Assembly (NCBI RefSeq): GCF_009914755.1
Contig: NC_060936.1
Length of the DNA: 64,000 nucleotides
Direction: 5' to 3' (one strand)
DNA from: the human T2T-CHM13v2.0 reference genome, Homo sapiens
Below are positions 40,152 through 58,082 of the stretch, in pieces. The translations under genes and the position numbers were made by a program. Below the pieces are notes generated by a model. It made no database searches. It saw nothing but the letters and a program-made list of their open reading frames with translations, and was not told the DNA's origin. Positions within the stretch are counted from its first letter, which is position 1, and each line of letters starts with the position of its first letter.

Positions 40152-42267
40152 CACTCATGCCTGGACAGCTGGGGCACAGAAGCTGTCCTAAAGTGCAACT
40201 TCAAAAGAATTAAAGGAAGCAGGCAAGGTCAAAGATGTACATGACCTCTATTAAAGCCCAAAGCTCAAAACATGCTTCATGTAACCAAATATTTTATTTG
40301 TATGATTTTAACATTCATTACAATCTACCATGATTGGAAGCTTCCTGGGGCTTCATCAAATACCTCTAAGCATAGTTTTGTTTTGTTTCCATCTGCAAAT
40401 TTCATTCCCTGTCTCTTTCTCTCAAAATTAATGGCACTAGATATTGGGATCATGAGGCAAGGAGGACCAATAATAACAGCACTTTTTCCTATCCAAGGTC
40501 TGAACCATTTGAGACATAATAAAAAAGTTGGCCTGTAGAAACCAATATTTTGCTTTTTTTACTATGGAAAGCTAGATCGAAGGCCATGGCTTATAACTGC
40601 TGACAAGTAAGCTTCTCCCTATTAAGCATCAAATTTAGGCTTTCTCATCAACCGAAAACTTATGCTCCCTACAGGCAGTTTGCATTCAAGTAAGAGAAAA
40701 AAGACCAGGGTTCTGCTTACTTTTCCTATTCCTATTTACCATCCAGGTAAGTGATTCCACCTAGCCTGGGCAGGAGTGATGGATGGAGCCCAGAGAGTCC
40801 AATTAGGGTGTCTTCCAGAGAAGAAGGAGGAAGTATTCTCTTCAAACAATGTCAGCTGAAACCTTCAACAATGAGGTTGAAAGGATCATTTTGTGTCTAG
40901 TTGAATGAAGCAACTGAAGATACCATAACAGATGGAGGAAGCCAGTGGGAATTTTAGGCTGAATGACATCCACAGACCTATTTAAAATCTCTGTATTTTA
41001 AAGAGTTATTCTGCTCCATTGCTCCCCAGAGGATGCGGGAAAGTCAAGAACATTCTGAAAGCTATGATTTGATGAGGTTCCAGGTTTCTTATCTTTAAAG
41101 TTATTTATTTTGCAGTAGCCCAACCCTTGAGAGAAACTCATGGTCCTGCAGTATGATTGACAACTCTTTTTTTTTCTCCCTCTACCAGCACCTACTACAC
41201 TGATGATTAAATAAAAATCTTCAAAAAATATTGTTTAAATAAGTGAATGAATGCAACCCTTCTAAGGTCTTGATTTCCTACCTTCACCATCTTGTTTCAA
41301 TAGTTAACAATACGTTCCTTCTAAATGATATCTGTCAGACTACTCTTAAAGGATCCCACTCTTCAGTTCATAGACATTTAGATTCATCTTACTATCTTAC
41401 TTTTCTTGATTAGTTGCTCTTGAGGAAAAAAGAAGGCAAAGTAACATAAGTATCCAATGCATAGCATATAGCCAGAGGTGATGATGTAACTGAAAACTGA
41501 CAATAATTCTTGTAATAAAGAGGCATCTGCTAATCTGTTGCTAATTTTTATTTGAAAATTGTTGTTGTTGCTTAGGCCTTAACAAGGTCAGGAAAATACA
41601 GAAGCTCCTTTAAAAAGGGAAAATGAAACAAAAAAGTAAGTTTCATATTTTCCTTGGTCTCTTGCTTAAGAAGGTTACTGTAGGAAATGTAAATAGACCA
41701 CAGGAAGCTTTAGAAACTCAGCTCTTTGATTGAAAAAATGGAAATTCTGTTTTTTACAGAAATAAAGTAATTCAATGAAAATACAAAATACAGTTGGTTA
41801 TCATTTAAAAAGGGTTTGTTTTTTGGATTATGGTTTCTTTGATATAGTACAACTCTGGCACAGACCATTCCAAGTGTATTTCTGAAAGCAAAATAAATGA
41901 AAACTGTTTTCTCTCTTCATTAATGTTTTGCTGTGTTCTATTTGTGGAATTCCAAGAGGAGCATGCAGTTTTCCTGGATCGCTTTCAGAGAGGGAAGGAT
42001 GAATGGGATGAGGGAGTTGACCCCCAAAGAAAAGAATGAGTCAACATGAAGAAATAATGCTTCTCCCAGGCTTGCATTTGGATCCTCTAATTGTAAAAAA
42101 TAACACCTTTTCCAGACTTCTCATACCAGCCTCCTTAAATGAAAAGAATCCAAAAGACTGTGGGTAGTGGAGGAGAGAATTTGTTTGTTTACCAACCATA
42201 AAGTCCTCATGAACCTAACAGGCTAATAAAATGTTCTTTTTGGATTATTCTCTTTGTCGTCCCCTGA

Positions 42268-42301
42268 CCATCACCACCACCTCCAACATCACCACCACCA
42301 C

Positions 42302-42338
<37 letters not shown>
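42268..42338. repeat. (CAC)n + (CA)n simple repeat
   Basis: Read directly. Confidence 0.95.
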
Positions 42339-42340
<2 letters not shown>

Positions 42341-42499
42341 CCCTTCCCTTCTTTTCTTCTCCATTCACCTTGAACTTTGTATCATCTCTTGGTGATGCTC
42401 AACTTAACTCCTTTTCTTTCTTGAAATAAGCTTGAAATAAAAATTAAGACACCTTGAAGTTCTTTTTAAAAGGTCCTCATATTTTATAATTGATTTTTT

Positions 42500-43446
<947 letters not shown>

Positions 43447-43551
43447 TTATCAGTGACCATATGCCAGAGCATGGGGACATCATGGAGAATAAGCCAGGCA
43501 TCCTTTCTGTTCTCATGAGGCTTACTGACTGTCTGAAGCATCTGAAGCAGG

Positions 43552-43982
43552 TGATAGGGATAGGGTTTGGACGTTTTGTCCCCTCTGAATCTCATCTTGA
43601 AATGTGACCTCCAATGTTGGAGGTGAGGCCTGGTGGAAGGTGTTTGGGTCATGGGGGTGGATCCCTCATGAATGGCTTCATGCCCTTTTAGCAGTAATGA
43701 GTGAGTTATCACTGCTTTGAGTTCTTGAGAAATCTGGTTGTTTAAAAGAGTCGGGAGCACCTCTCTCCATCAGCTCTTGCTTTGGCTCTTGCCATGTGAT
43801 GAACCTGCTCCACTTTCACCTTTTGCCATGAGTGGAAGCTTCCTGAGGCCCTCACCAGGAGCAGATGCTGGCACCATGCTTCCTGTACAGCCTGCAGAAC
43901 TGTGAGCCAAAATAATCCCCTTTTCTTTATATATTACCCAGTCTCAGGTATTCCTTTATAGCAATGCAAACAGACTAGTATA
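43552..43982 (+). mobile_element. MaLR solo LTR MSTB-like
   Basis: 'gaagcttcctgaggccctcaccag..gcagatgctggcaccatgcttcctgtacagcctgcagaac..ttcctttatagcaatgcaaa'; perfect TSD gcagg at 43547-43551 and 43983-43987. Confidence 0.88.
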
Positions 43983-43983
43983 G

Positions 43984-44203
43984 CAGGGATCAGCAAACTG
44001 TAGTTCATGGGACAAATTTGGCCCATTGCCTGACTTTGGAAATATAGTGTTATTCTACACAGGCACACTCATTCATTTACATGTTGTTTATGCTGCTTTT
44101 GTGACATCACAGCAAAGATGAGTAGTTGTGACCGAGACTGTTGGGTCTGCAAAGCTTGAAATAATTACCACCTGGTCTTTTACAAAAAGTTTTCCAGTTG
44201 CTG
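43984..44203 (+). mobile_element. MER58A hAT MITE
   Basis: 'cagggatcagcaaact..atttggccca..gagtagttgtgaccgagact..tttacaaaaagttt'. Confidence 0.8.
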
Positions 44204-44437
44204 CTTGGGAAAGGACACCAGTTCCTATAATACGCAGAGCTAAAGACAGAGATAGCCAGTAAAGAAATTCGGTAGAAGGGCATGTCAAAGCTTACTAGTT
44301 GGCCCCAATATCCATTCTGCCCTTCTTAGAAAAATAGAACTGATTTTCAGTTGGACTTTTTCACTTGGAATATAGATTGTGTTTCACAGTCTCTTGCAGA
44401 TAGAGGTAGCTTTTAATTAAATTCTGGCTAATGGGAT

Positions 44438-46747
44438 TGTATTAGTCTATCTTCTTATTGCTATGAAGAAATACCTGAGACTGGGTAATATATAAAGAAA
44501 AAGAGGTTTAATGGACTGACTCACAGTTCCACATGGCTGGGGAGACCTTACAATCATGGCAGAAAGTGAAGGAGGAAGATCTTACATGGTGTCAGGCAAG
44601 ACAGCATGTGCAGGAGAACTGCCCTTTAAAAACCATCAGATCTCATGAGACATATTCACTATCATGAGAAAAGCAGGGGAAAAATCTGCTCCCATGGTTC
44701 AATTACCTCCCAATGAGTCCTGGGTCCCTCCCATGACATGTGGGGATTATGGAAGCTACAATTCAAGGTGAGATTTGGATGGGCACACAGCCAAACTATA
44801 TCATTCCACCCCTGGCCTCTCCCAAATCTCATGTCCTCACATTTCAAAACCAATCATGCCTTTCCAATAGTCCCCCAAATTCTTAATTCATTCCAGCATC
44901 AACCCAAAAGTCCAACCCCAAAGTCTCATCTGAGATAAGGCAAGTCCCTTCTGCCTCTGAGCCTGTAAAATCAAAAGCAAATTAGTTACTTCCTAAATAC
45001 AATGGGAGTACAGGAACTCAGTAAATACAGCCATTCCAAAATGGAGAAATTGGCCAAAACAAACGAGCCATACGCTCCATGGAAGTCCAAAATCCAACAG
45101 GGCAGTCATTAAACCTTAAAATTCCAAAATGATCTCCTTTGACTCCCTGTCTCACATCCAGGTCACGCTGATGCAAGAGGTGTGCTCCCATGTCCTTGGG
45201 CAGCTCCACCCCTATGGCTTTGCAGGGTATAGACCCCCCCTCCCAGATGCTTTCACAGGCAGGCACTGAGTGTCTGCAGCTTTTCCAGGTTCATGGTGCA
45301 AGCTGTCAGTGGATCTACCATTCTGGGGTCTGGAGGACAGTGGCTTTCTTCTCACAGCTCCACTAGGCAGTGATGCAGTGGAGACTCTGTATTGGGGCTC
45401 CAACCCCACATTTCCCTTCTGCACTGCCCTAGCAAAGGTTCTCTGTGAGGTCCCTGCCTGTGCAGCAAACTTCTGCCTGAACATCCAGGCATTTCCATAC
45501 ATCCTCTGAAATCTAGGAAGAGGTTCTCAAACCTCAGTTCTTGACTTCTGTGCACCTGCAGGCTCAACATCACATGGAAGCTGCCAAAGCTTGTGGCTTG
45601 ATCCCTCTGAAGCCACGGCTTGAGCTGCACCTTGGCCCATTTTAGCCATGGTTGGAGCAGCTGGGATGCAGGGCAGCAAGTCCTTGGGCTGCACACAGCA
45701 GGGAGGCCCTGGACCTGGCCCAGGAAACCATTTTTCCCTCCTAGGCCTTCAGGCCTGTGATGAGAAGGGCTGCCACAAAGGTCTCTGATATTCCCTGGAA
45801 ACATTGTCTTCATTGTCTTAGTGATTAACATTTGGCTCCTTGTTAATTATGCAAAATTCTGCAACAGGTTTGAATTTCTCCCTAGAAAATGGATTTTTCT
45901 TTTCTGTTGCATTGTCAAGCTGCAAATTTTTCAAACTTTTTTCTCTGCTTTTCTTGAGTGCCTTGCTGCTTAGAAATTTCTTCCTCCAGAAACCCTAAAT
46001 GGTCTCTCTCAAGTTCACATTCCTGGGCTCTCTAGGGCAGGAGCAAAATGCCACCAGTCTCTTTGCTAAACCATAACAAGAGTAACCTTTGCTCCAGTTC
46101 CCAACAAGTTCCTCATCTCCATCTGAGACCACCTCAGCCTGGACTATCACTATCAGCATTTTGGTCAAAGCCATTCAACAAGTCTCTAGGAAGTTCCAAA
46201 CATTCCCACATCTTCATGTCTTCTGAGCCCTCCAAGTATCTAGGAGTTTCAAACTTTCCCACATTTTCCTGTCTTCTAGCCCTCTAAACTGTTTCAACCT
46301 CTGCTTGTTACCCACTTCCAAAGTCACTTCCACATTTTTGGGTATCTTAATAAAAACAGCCCACTCTACCAGTACCAATTTACTGTATTAATCCATTTTC
46401 ATACTGCTATGAAGAAACACCTGAGACTGGGTAATGTATAAAGAAAAAGAGGTTTAATGGACTCACAGTTCCACATGGCTGGGGAGGCGCCATGATCATG
46501 GCAGAAAGTGAAGGAGGAGCAAAGTGATGTCTTATGTGGTGGCAAGCAAGAGAGCATGTGCAGAGGAACTGCCCTTTATGAAACCATCAGATCTCATGAT
46601 AATTATTCACTATCATGAGAACAGCACAGGAAAAACCCACCCCCAAGATTCAGTTACCTCCCACTGGGTCCCTTCCATGACATGTGGGGAGTATGGGAGC
46701 TACAATTCAAGATGAGATTTGAGTGGTGACACAGCCAAACCATATCA
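44438..46747 (-). mobile_element. Complete THE1 (THE1C-like) MaLR element: LTR 44438-44803, internal region, LTR 46384-46747
   Basis: Two same-orientation LTRs (tgtatta...cagccaaac(t/c)atatca) flank ~1.6 kb THE1-int; perfect TSD gggat at 44433-44437 and 46748-46752; inserted in an older MLT1-like LTR. Confidence 0.93.
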
Positions 46748-46949
46748 GGGATGTGAGCAGAAGTATTATGTGCATCTTCCTAGAAGTTTCCCTAAAGTAG
46801 AATATGCATCTTTCTTTAGGACCCCTTTCTTCTTCCTGGTAGTTGCAGTGCAGTTATGATGGCTGCAGCTTGAACAGTCATCTGGGACCATGGCACACAG
46901 AAATAATGAAGCAGTAGGAGATAAGGGGCATAGGACTGAGGTGAAATAT

Positions 46950-49037
46950 CAGGTTTGTTTTAAATTGCATTTCTCTATTGATTAGTGATGTTCAACATTA
47001 CGAATCATCAACTATTAACCCCTTATCGGGTGTTTACTTTGCAAATACTTTTTCCCATTCTATAGGTTGTCTCTTCACAACCTACAAAAGAACCTGATTG
47101 ATTCCTTTGCTGTGCAGAAGCTTTTTATTTTGATGCTATCTCATTTGTCTATTTTAACTTTTTTTGCCTTTGCCTCTGAAGTTGTATCCAAAAAATCATA
47201 GCTTAGACCAGTTTCACTGAGCTTTTTCCCTATATTTTCTTCTAGTAGTTTTACAGTTGCAGGCCTTACATTTAAGTCTAATCAATTTAGCTTGATTTTT
47301 GTATATGGTGTGAGATAAACGTCTAATTTTATTCTTCCACATATGGATATCTAATTTTCCCAGTACCATTTATTAAAAAGACTGCTCTTTTCCCTATTGT
47401 GTGTTTGTGGCAACATTGTCAAAAATTAGTTCACATGGATTTATTTCTAGGCTCTCTATTTTGATCCATTTGTCTATGTTTCTGTTTTTATGCCAGCATC
47501 ATGCTGTTTTGGTTGCTGTAGTTCTGTAGTATATTTCAAAGTCACGCAGTATGATGCCTCTAGCTTTTTTCTTTTTTCCGTATGATAACCTTTGCTATTT
47601 GAGGTCTTTTGCTGCAAATTTTAGTATTATTTTTTCTATTTCTGTGAAGAATGTCATTGATGTTTTTGGTAGGTATTGCACTAAGTTTGTAGATTGCTTT
47701 GGCTGGTATAAACAATAATATTAGTTCTTTCAATCCATAAAAATATCTTTTCATTATTTTTATCTTTTCAGTTTATATCATGGATTTATGATGGTTTTAT
47801 GGTTTTCACCTCCTTGGTTACATTTATTCCTAAGTATTTTTTGTAACTCTTATAAATAGGATTTCTTTTTGATTTTTTTAAGATAAGTTGCTCTTAGTGT
47901 ATTGAAATGCTACTTCTTTTTGTATTTTGATTTTGTATTCTACCTTTACTGAGTTCATTTATTAGTTCTAACAGTTTTTTGGTGGAGTCTTTACAGTTTT
48001 TCATGTATAAATCATGTTATCTACAAACAGAAACAATTTGAATTCTTCCTTCTCAATTTGGATACTTTTCATTTCCTTCTCTTGATTAATTGCCCTGGCT
48101 AGGACTTTTAGTCAATGTTGCACAGAAGTGGCAAGAGTGGTATCTTTGACTTCTTCCAGATCTTAAAGAAAAAACTTTAAACTTTTCCTAATTGTGTATG
48201 GTGTAAGCTGTGAGTTTCTTGCATATGGTCTTTATTGTGTTGAAGTACATTCCTTCTATACCTAATTTGTTGAGAGTTTTTGTTATGAAAGGATGTTGAA
48301 TTTTGTCAGATGCTTTTTCTGCATCTATTGAAATTATCATGTGGTGTTTGCCTTTCATTCTATTAACATGATGTATCATACTGGTATGGTTTGGCTCTGT
48401 GTCCCCACTCAAATCTTGTCTTAAATTGTAATCTTCGTAACCCCCATGTGTCAAGAGAGGGACTTGGTGGGAAGTGATTGTATCATGGGGGCAGTTTCCT
48501 GCATGCTGTTCTCATGATGGTGAGTGAGTTCTTACAAGATCTGGTGGTTTTATAAGTGTTTAATAGTTCCTCCTTCACATACTCTCACTCTCTCCTGCCT
48601 CCTTGTGAAGAAGGTGCCTGCATCCCCTTTAACCTTCCACCATGATTGTAAGTTTCCTGAGGCCCCCCCTCAGCAATGCAGAACTGTAAGTCAATTAAAT
48701 TTCTTTCCTTTATAAATTGCCCAGTCTCAGATATTTCTTTATGGCAGTGTGAAAACAGACAAATACACATACCTATTGATTTACATATATTGAACCATGC
48801 TTGCATCCCTGGGATGAATCCCACTTGATCATGGCGAATGATCTTTTTAATGTGTTGTTCAATTTCATTTTTTAGTATTTTGTTGAGGATTTTTGCTTTT
48901 ATGATCATCAGAGATATTGGCCTGTAGTTTTCTTTTTTTGTAGTATTCTTGTCTGACTTTGGTACTAGGGTAATGCTGGCCTCATGCAATGAATTTAGAA
49001 GTATTCTCTCTTCTTTAATTTTTTGAAAGAGTTTCAA
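46950..49037 (-). mobile_element. Older L1 (L1MA-like) ORF2 fragment, split by MSTA
   Basis: Minus-strand ORF2 RT pieces: [29 protein letters not shown] and [19 protein letters not shown]. Confidence 0.85.
48382..48767 (+). mobile_element. MaLR solo LTR MSTA-like
   Basis: 'tggtatggtttggctctgtgtcccc..ttctttatggcagtgtgaaaacagacaaataca'; perfect TSD catac at 48377-48381 and 48768-48772. Confidence 0.88.
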
Positions 49038-49099
49038 AACTCTAGATGCATTTCTATTAATACCAATTTTTATTCCTCCTCCAGTGTAAACTTTTGATA

Positions 49100-50660
49100 A
49101 TTTTTAAGTATTTTAATTGAAATGTAATATACATGTAGAAAAGTGCAAAAGTTGTGAGCATACAGTTCAATAAATTTTTACAAATGGAACACAACAGCAT
49201 CATCAGTAGACAGATAGAAACAGAATATTACTAGTACTCCAGAATGCGTCCATTTTTTCCAATAGCCATCTTCCACCCAAAAATAATAACAATTCTGACT
49301 TGTAATAACATTGATTATGATTATTTTTTGTTTTTTATACAAATGGAATCAGATAGACAACATGTACTCTTTTATGTCCAGCTTCTTTTGCTCAGCATTA
49401 TGCATGTTGATTTTATCCACATTGGTGTGAATAGATGTGGTAGTTCATTCTCACTGCTATATAGAATTCTACTGAGTGAATACATCACAATTTATTAATA
49501 CATTCTATTTTTTATGAAAATTTGAGTAGTTTCTAATTCTTTGACTACCACAGTTCTATGACAAATATTTTAGTATACGCCTTGTGGTGAACACATATAC
49601 ACATTTCTGTTTGGTACATGCCTAGGAGTAGAATTGCTGGTCATAGGGTGTGCACGCATTCAACTATAAAAGATACTGCAGTTTCCACAACGTTTGAACT
49701 GGCAATGTATGAAAGTCCTGATTGCTCTAAATTCTTGCTAACACTTGGGATGTTTTGTTCTTTATTTTAGCAATTTTAGTGTGTATGTAGTAGTAGTGCA
49801 TCAACTCTTTATTTGCAATGTTTTGCTCTCAAGTATGTATTGATCTCATGATTTGATCATGATATGATCTCATGTATTGATCTCAAGTATGGAGTCAGGT
49901 GGGGATGGGATGATTTGGCAACTCTGCTGTTCTTAGCTGGGCTTGCATACATGACTGAGGGTGTCCACTGACGGCTGGCAGATTGAGGCTAGCTGCAGCT
50001 GAAGTGATTGGCATGACTCATCTCTGCTCTGCAAATCTCTCATTCACCAGCAGAGTTGCCCCAGCATTCTCATGGAAATGGCACAGGTGCTAAAGCAAAG
50101 AAACCCAATTGTGCAAGTGCTTTACAAGCCTTTGTTTGCATGGCATTTGCTAATATCCCATTGGTTAAAATGAGTCACTCAGCCTTGCTCAGATTGAGAG
50201 TTAGTCAGTTCTACCAAGTTGCATGGAAAAGGGTGTAGAGACAGAGTTGGAAGAAGTGATTCATTTTTGCAATCTAACATACTATGAAATTAAGTACCTT
50301 TCAGATGATTATTAGCCATTTAGATATCCTTTTTGTGAAGCTGTTGCTCAACTCTTTCCTTATTTCTTCATGGGATTTCAATCTTTTTCTTTTGGCTTGA
50401 TTGACCTTTATATTTCTAGATATAAGTCTTTTATTGGATATGTGTATTGTCAATAACTTCTTCCCTTCTGTGGGCTGCCTATTTACCCATCAATGATGTA
50501 TTTTGACAAACAGAACTTTTAAATTTTAACACAATTTATCAATTTTTCTTTATGTTTAATGCTTTTTGTGTTTATTAAAAAGCCTTGCCTACTCTAAAGT
50601 CATAAAGTTGTTTACTTATACTTTTAAAAATCTTTATTATTTTATCTTTCATATACAGAT
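49100..50660 (-). mobile_element. Old L1ME/MB 3' region interrupted by an MLT1H/I-like LTR (~49800-50279)
   Basis: 'cttcttttgctcagcattatg', 'cctaggagtagaattgctgg' on the L1 side; 'tttgctaatatcccattgg..ttttgcaatctaaca' for the LTR. Confidence 0.6.
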
Positions 50661-50790
50661 AATTTTTCATATATATATATCATAACAGCTTGATAAATAT
50701 TATAGCTTAGTTTGGGCTGTCTTTTGGGTGTCAATATCAATTCCTGTGTCTATGCCTGGAGAGATACACTAAAGATTAAGTTGAATCCAA

Positions 50791-51675
50791 GGGAGGAGAC
50801 AAGATGGCCGAATAGGAACAGTTCCGGTCTACAGCTCCCAGCTTGAGCGACGCAGAAGATGGGTGATTTCTGCATTTCCATCTGAGGTACCGGGTTCATC
50901 TCACTAGGGAGTGCCAGACAGTGGGCACAGGTCAGTAGGTGCGCGCACCGTGTGCGAGCGAAGCAGGGCGAGGCATTGCCTCACTTGCGAAGCGCAAGGG
51001 GTCAGGGAGTTCCCTTTCTGAGTCAAAGAAAGGGGTGACCGACGCACCTGGAAAATCGGGTCACTCCCACCCGAATACTGTGCTTTTCCGACGGGCTTAA
51101 AAAACGGCGCACCACGAGATTATATCCCGCACCTGGCTCGGAGAGTCCTATGCCCACGGAGTCTCGCTGATTGCTAGCACAGCAGTCTGAGATCAAACTG
51201 CAAGGCGGCAGCGAGGCTGGGGGAGGGGCGCCCGTCATTGCCCAGGCTTGCTTAGGTAAACAAAGCAGCCCGGAAGCTCGAACTGGGTGGAGCCCAACAC
51301 AGCTCAAGGAGGCGTGCCTGCCTCTGTAGGCTCCACCTCTGGGGGCAGGGCACAGACAAACAAAAAGACAGCAGTAACCTCTACAGACTTAAATGTCCCT
51401 GTCTGACAGCTTTGAAGAGAGCAGTGGTTCTCCCAGCATGCAGCTGGAGATCTGAGAACGGGCAGACTGCCTCCTCCAGTGGGTCCCTGACCCCTGATCC
51501 CCGAGCAGCCTAACTAGGAGGCACCCCCCAGCAGGGGCACACTGACACCTCACACAGCAGGGTATTCCAGACCTGCAGCTGAGGGTCCTGTCTGTTAGAA
51601 GGAAAACTAACAAACAGAAAGGACATCCACACCAAAAACCCATCTGTACATCACCATCATCAAAGACCAAAAGTA
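50791..51675. promoter_or_regulatory. L1 5'UTR: CpG-rich internal sense promoter and antisense promoter
   Basis: YY1 motif caagatggcc at 50800-50809; by far the densest CpG cluster in the window; sense/antisense promoter function is established for L1PA 5'UTRs. Confidence 0.8.
51023..51238 (-). CDS. ORF0: L1 ORF0, intact 71 aa
   Basis: MTGAPPPASLPPCSLISDCCASNQRDSVGIGLSEPGAGYNLVVRRFLSPSEKHSIRVGVTRFSRCVGHPFL*, matching primate L1 ORF0; ATG at 51238-51236. Expression unknown. Confidence 0.8.
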   Translation of the reverse strand: MTGAPPPASLPPCSLISDCCASNQRDSVGIGLSEPGAGYNLVVRRFLSPSEKHSIRVGVTRFSRCVGHPFL

Positions 51676-52571
51676 AGCTGAGAGAAGAAGGCTTCAGATG
51701 ATCAAATTACTCTGAGCTACGGGAGGACATTCAAACCAAAGGCAAAGAAGTTGAAAACTTTGAAAAAAATTTAGAAGGATGTATAACTAGAATAACCAAT
51801 ACAGAGAAGTGCTTAAAGGAGCTGATGGAGCTGAAAACCAAGGCTCGAGAACTCTGTGAAGAATGCAGAAGCCTCAGGAGCCGATGCGATCAACTGGAAG
51901 AAAGGGTATCAGCAATGGAAGATGAAATGAATGAAATGAAGTGAGAAGGGAAGTTTAGAGAAAAAAGAATAAAAAGAAATGAGCAAAGCCTCCAAGAAAT
52001 ATAGGACTATGTGAAAAGACCAAATCTACGTCTGATTGGTGTACCTGAAAGTGACGGGGAGAATGGAACCAAGTTGGAAAACACTCTGCAGGATATTATC
52101 CAGGAGAACTTCCCCAATCTAGCAAGGCAGGCCAATGTTCAGATTCAGGAAATACAGAGAACACCACAAAGATACTCCTCGAGAAGAGGAACTCCAGGAC
52201 ACATAATTGTCAGATTCACCAAAGTTGAAGTAAAGGAAAAAATGTTAAGGGCATCCAGAGAGAAAGGTCGGGTTACGCTCAAAGGGAAGCCCATCAGACT
52301 AACAGCGGCTCTCTTGGCAGAAACCCTACAAGCCAGAAGAGAGTGGGGGCCAATATTCAACATTCTTAAAGAAAAGAATTTTCAACCCAGAATTTCATAT
52401 CCAGCCAAACTAAGCTTCATAAGTGAAGGAGAAATAAAATACTTTACAGACAAGCAAATGCTGAGAGATTTTGTCACCACCAGGCCTGCCCTAAAAGAGC
52501 TCCTGAAGGAAGCACTAAACATGGAAAGGAACAACCGGAACCAGCCACTGCAAAATCATGCCAAAATGTAA
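51676..52571 (+). pseudogene. L1 ORF1 (RNA-binding chaperone), disrupted
   Basis: Start codon and first ~40 codons deleted (junction aaaagta|agctgag at 51675/51676). In-frame stops at ~51699, ~51942 and ~52002. RRM/CTD part open 52011-52571. Confidence 0.92.
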
Positions 52572-52634
52572 AGACCATCGAGGCCAGGAAGTAACTGCAT
52601 CAACTAACGAGCAAAATAACCAGCTAACATCATA

Positions 52635-56395
<3,761 letters not shown>

Positions 56396-57944
56396 ACAAT
56401 GAGATCACATGGACACAGGAAGGGGAATATCACACTCTGCGAACTGTGGTGGGGTGGGGGGAGGGGGGAGGGATAGCACTGGGAGATATACCTAATGCTA
56501 GATGACTAGTTAGTGGGTGCAGCGCACCAGCATGGCACATGTATACATGTGTAACTAACCGGCAGAATGTGCACATGTACCCTAAAAGTTAAAGTATAAT
56601 AAAAAAATAAATTTTCCATAAAAAAAAAAAGATTAAGTTGAATGGGCCTGCAGATTCTCACCTGAAGTGGATTTTTGTGAGGAATTTGAATTTGAAATAG
56701 TGCAAAAGTTCATTTCACACTACCTGTTGAATGACTGTGGATTAGAGGAAACCTAGTTTTTCTTGGTTAGTGTATTGAACCAGCTATTTTTGAGGTATTT
56801 GTAGCTCAAAAAATTTTTTTTAGCTGAATCCACAAAGCTTTAATTATTCCATCTATTCCTAGGGTGGTGTTATCTTATGTCTATTATGGATTTTGATGTT
56901 TTTCATACTAGGATTTAATTAGGCAACAGTGTGTAGAAGATTTGCTTCCTTTCCTTCTGCACAAGGGAAATTATATAACAGAAAAATTATTTTGTGTAAG
57001 AACAGATACTTTCTCATTTGTAGCATGGTAAGAAGTGTGGTTTCTAAATATCCAGATGGAGAATCAGGAATGGAGAATGGCACTTTGAATTTTCCAGATC
57101 ATTTGGAACTGAAGCCTAATAGACCAGAAAGAGAAATTTTCATCATGATATGCCTAAGTTAATCTGATTCCTATTCAGGCCAGACCTAAAAGGGTTTTTA
57201 TTGTATGTTGTCTGCCAGGAATAGCTATTAAACAGAGGCGGCAAAGTATAATACCAATTATACTATAAATCTAGTATAAATACCAATTTTGGTATTCCTT
57301 ATGTAATTAGATATTTGGGGCTATTTTATTAGTGAAAGAAATGCCTGAAAATGCAGGTGCTTGATTTGTAATTGCAAATGGATAAATAAACGTTTCAGTA
57401 AGAAGAGCTGAGACAGTCTTGAAGCAGTCTAATTCATCTGTGAAATGTTTTTCTTGTTATGATTCCTTAGATAGATTTCCTCTATTATTTTTTAACTATA
57501 AGGATGAAAAAATTTTAAATATTTTTTAAAACCCAAACAGATAGATTTAATTTAAATTACTTGTATTGCAGGTGATGAGCTGTGCAAACTGTGAGAAGGA
57601 AGTACCAAAGGAGCCTTTGTTCAAGGCTGAAAACAACTTAGAGAGTGATTAAGGGCACTTGCTTCATATAATTTCCTCTTTGTGTCTCAATTCTTCAAGG
57701 AAAGAAAGGCTATTGGTCTGCTGGCTCAGTGTCCTTTATATCCATAAAATAAGAAACATTTCTTTTTAGCCATATTTATTTGACAACTACACTCAAATGG
57801 TGTTGCTTAATTGTCATTGGCAATGATAAATGAATGAATCCTGCCTTAGACCATTTGTCACAATCTCTATATGTATATGTTGCATCTCTCTAAATTGACT
57901 TTCAAAGATAGAAGCTACATTTTAGCATAATGTTCTCCAGAAAT

Positions 57945-58082
57945 TGTAGTATATGAGGTGATGGGTATGTTAATTAGCTTGATTTAATCGTTTCACATTG
58001 TAAGCATTGTCATAACATCATATTGTACTCCATAAATATATGCAATTAATATTTGTTAATTACAATAAAGTTTTAAAAATAA
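57945..58082 (+). mobile_element. L1MA/MB extreme 3' end
   Basis: 'tgaggtgatgggtatgttaattagcttgatttaatc..aacatcatattgtactccataaatata..caataaa'. Confidence 0.8.

Noticed and set aside
44662-46715. Cluster of overlapping ORFs up to 159 aa in the THE1 internal region
   Set aside because: These are decayed MaLR internal and LTR frames with no intact coding unit.
56446-56472. G-quadruplex-forming tract
   Set aside because: This is the canonical L1 3'UTR G-rich tract and is not locus-specific.
57572-57652. Plus-strand acceptor followed by a 26-codon CxxC peptide (VMSCANCEKEVPKEPLFKAENNLESD*)
   Set aside because: It is too short, unrecognised, and has no supporting upstream coding exon; consistent with chance.
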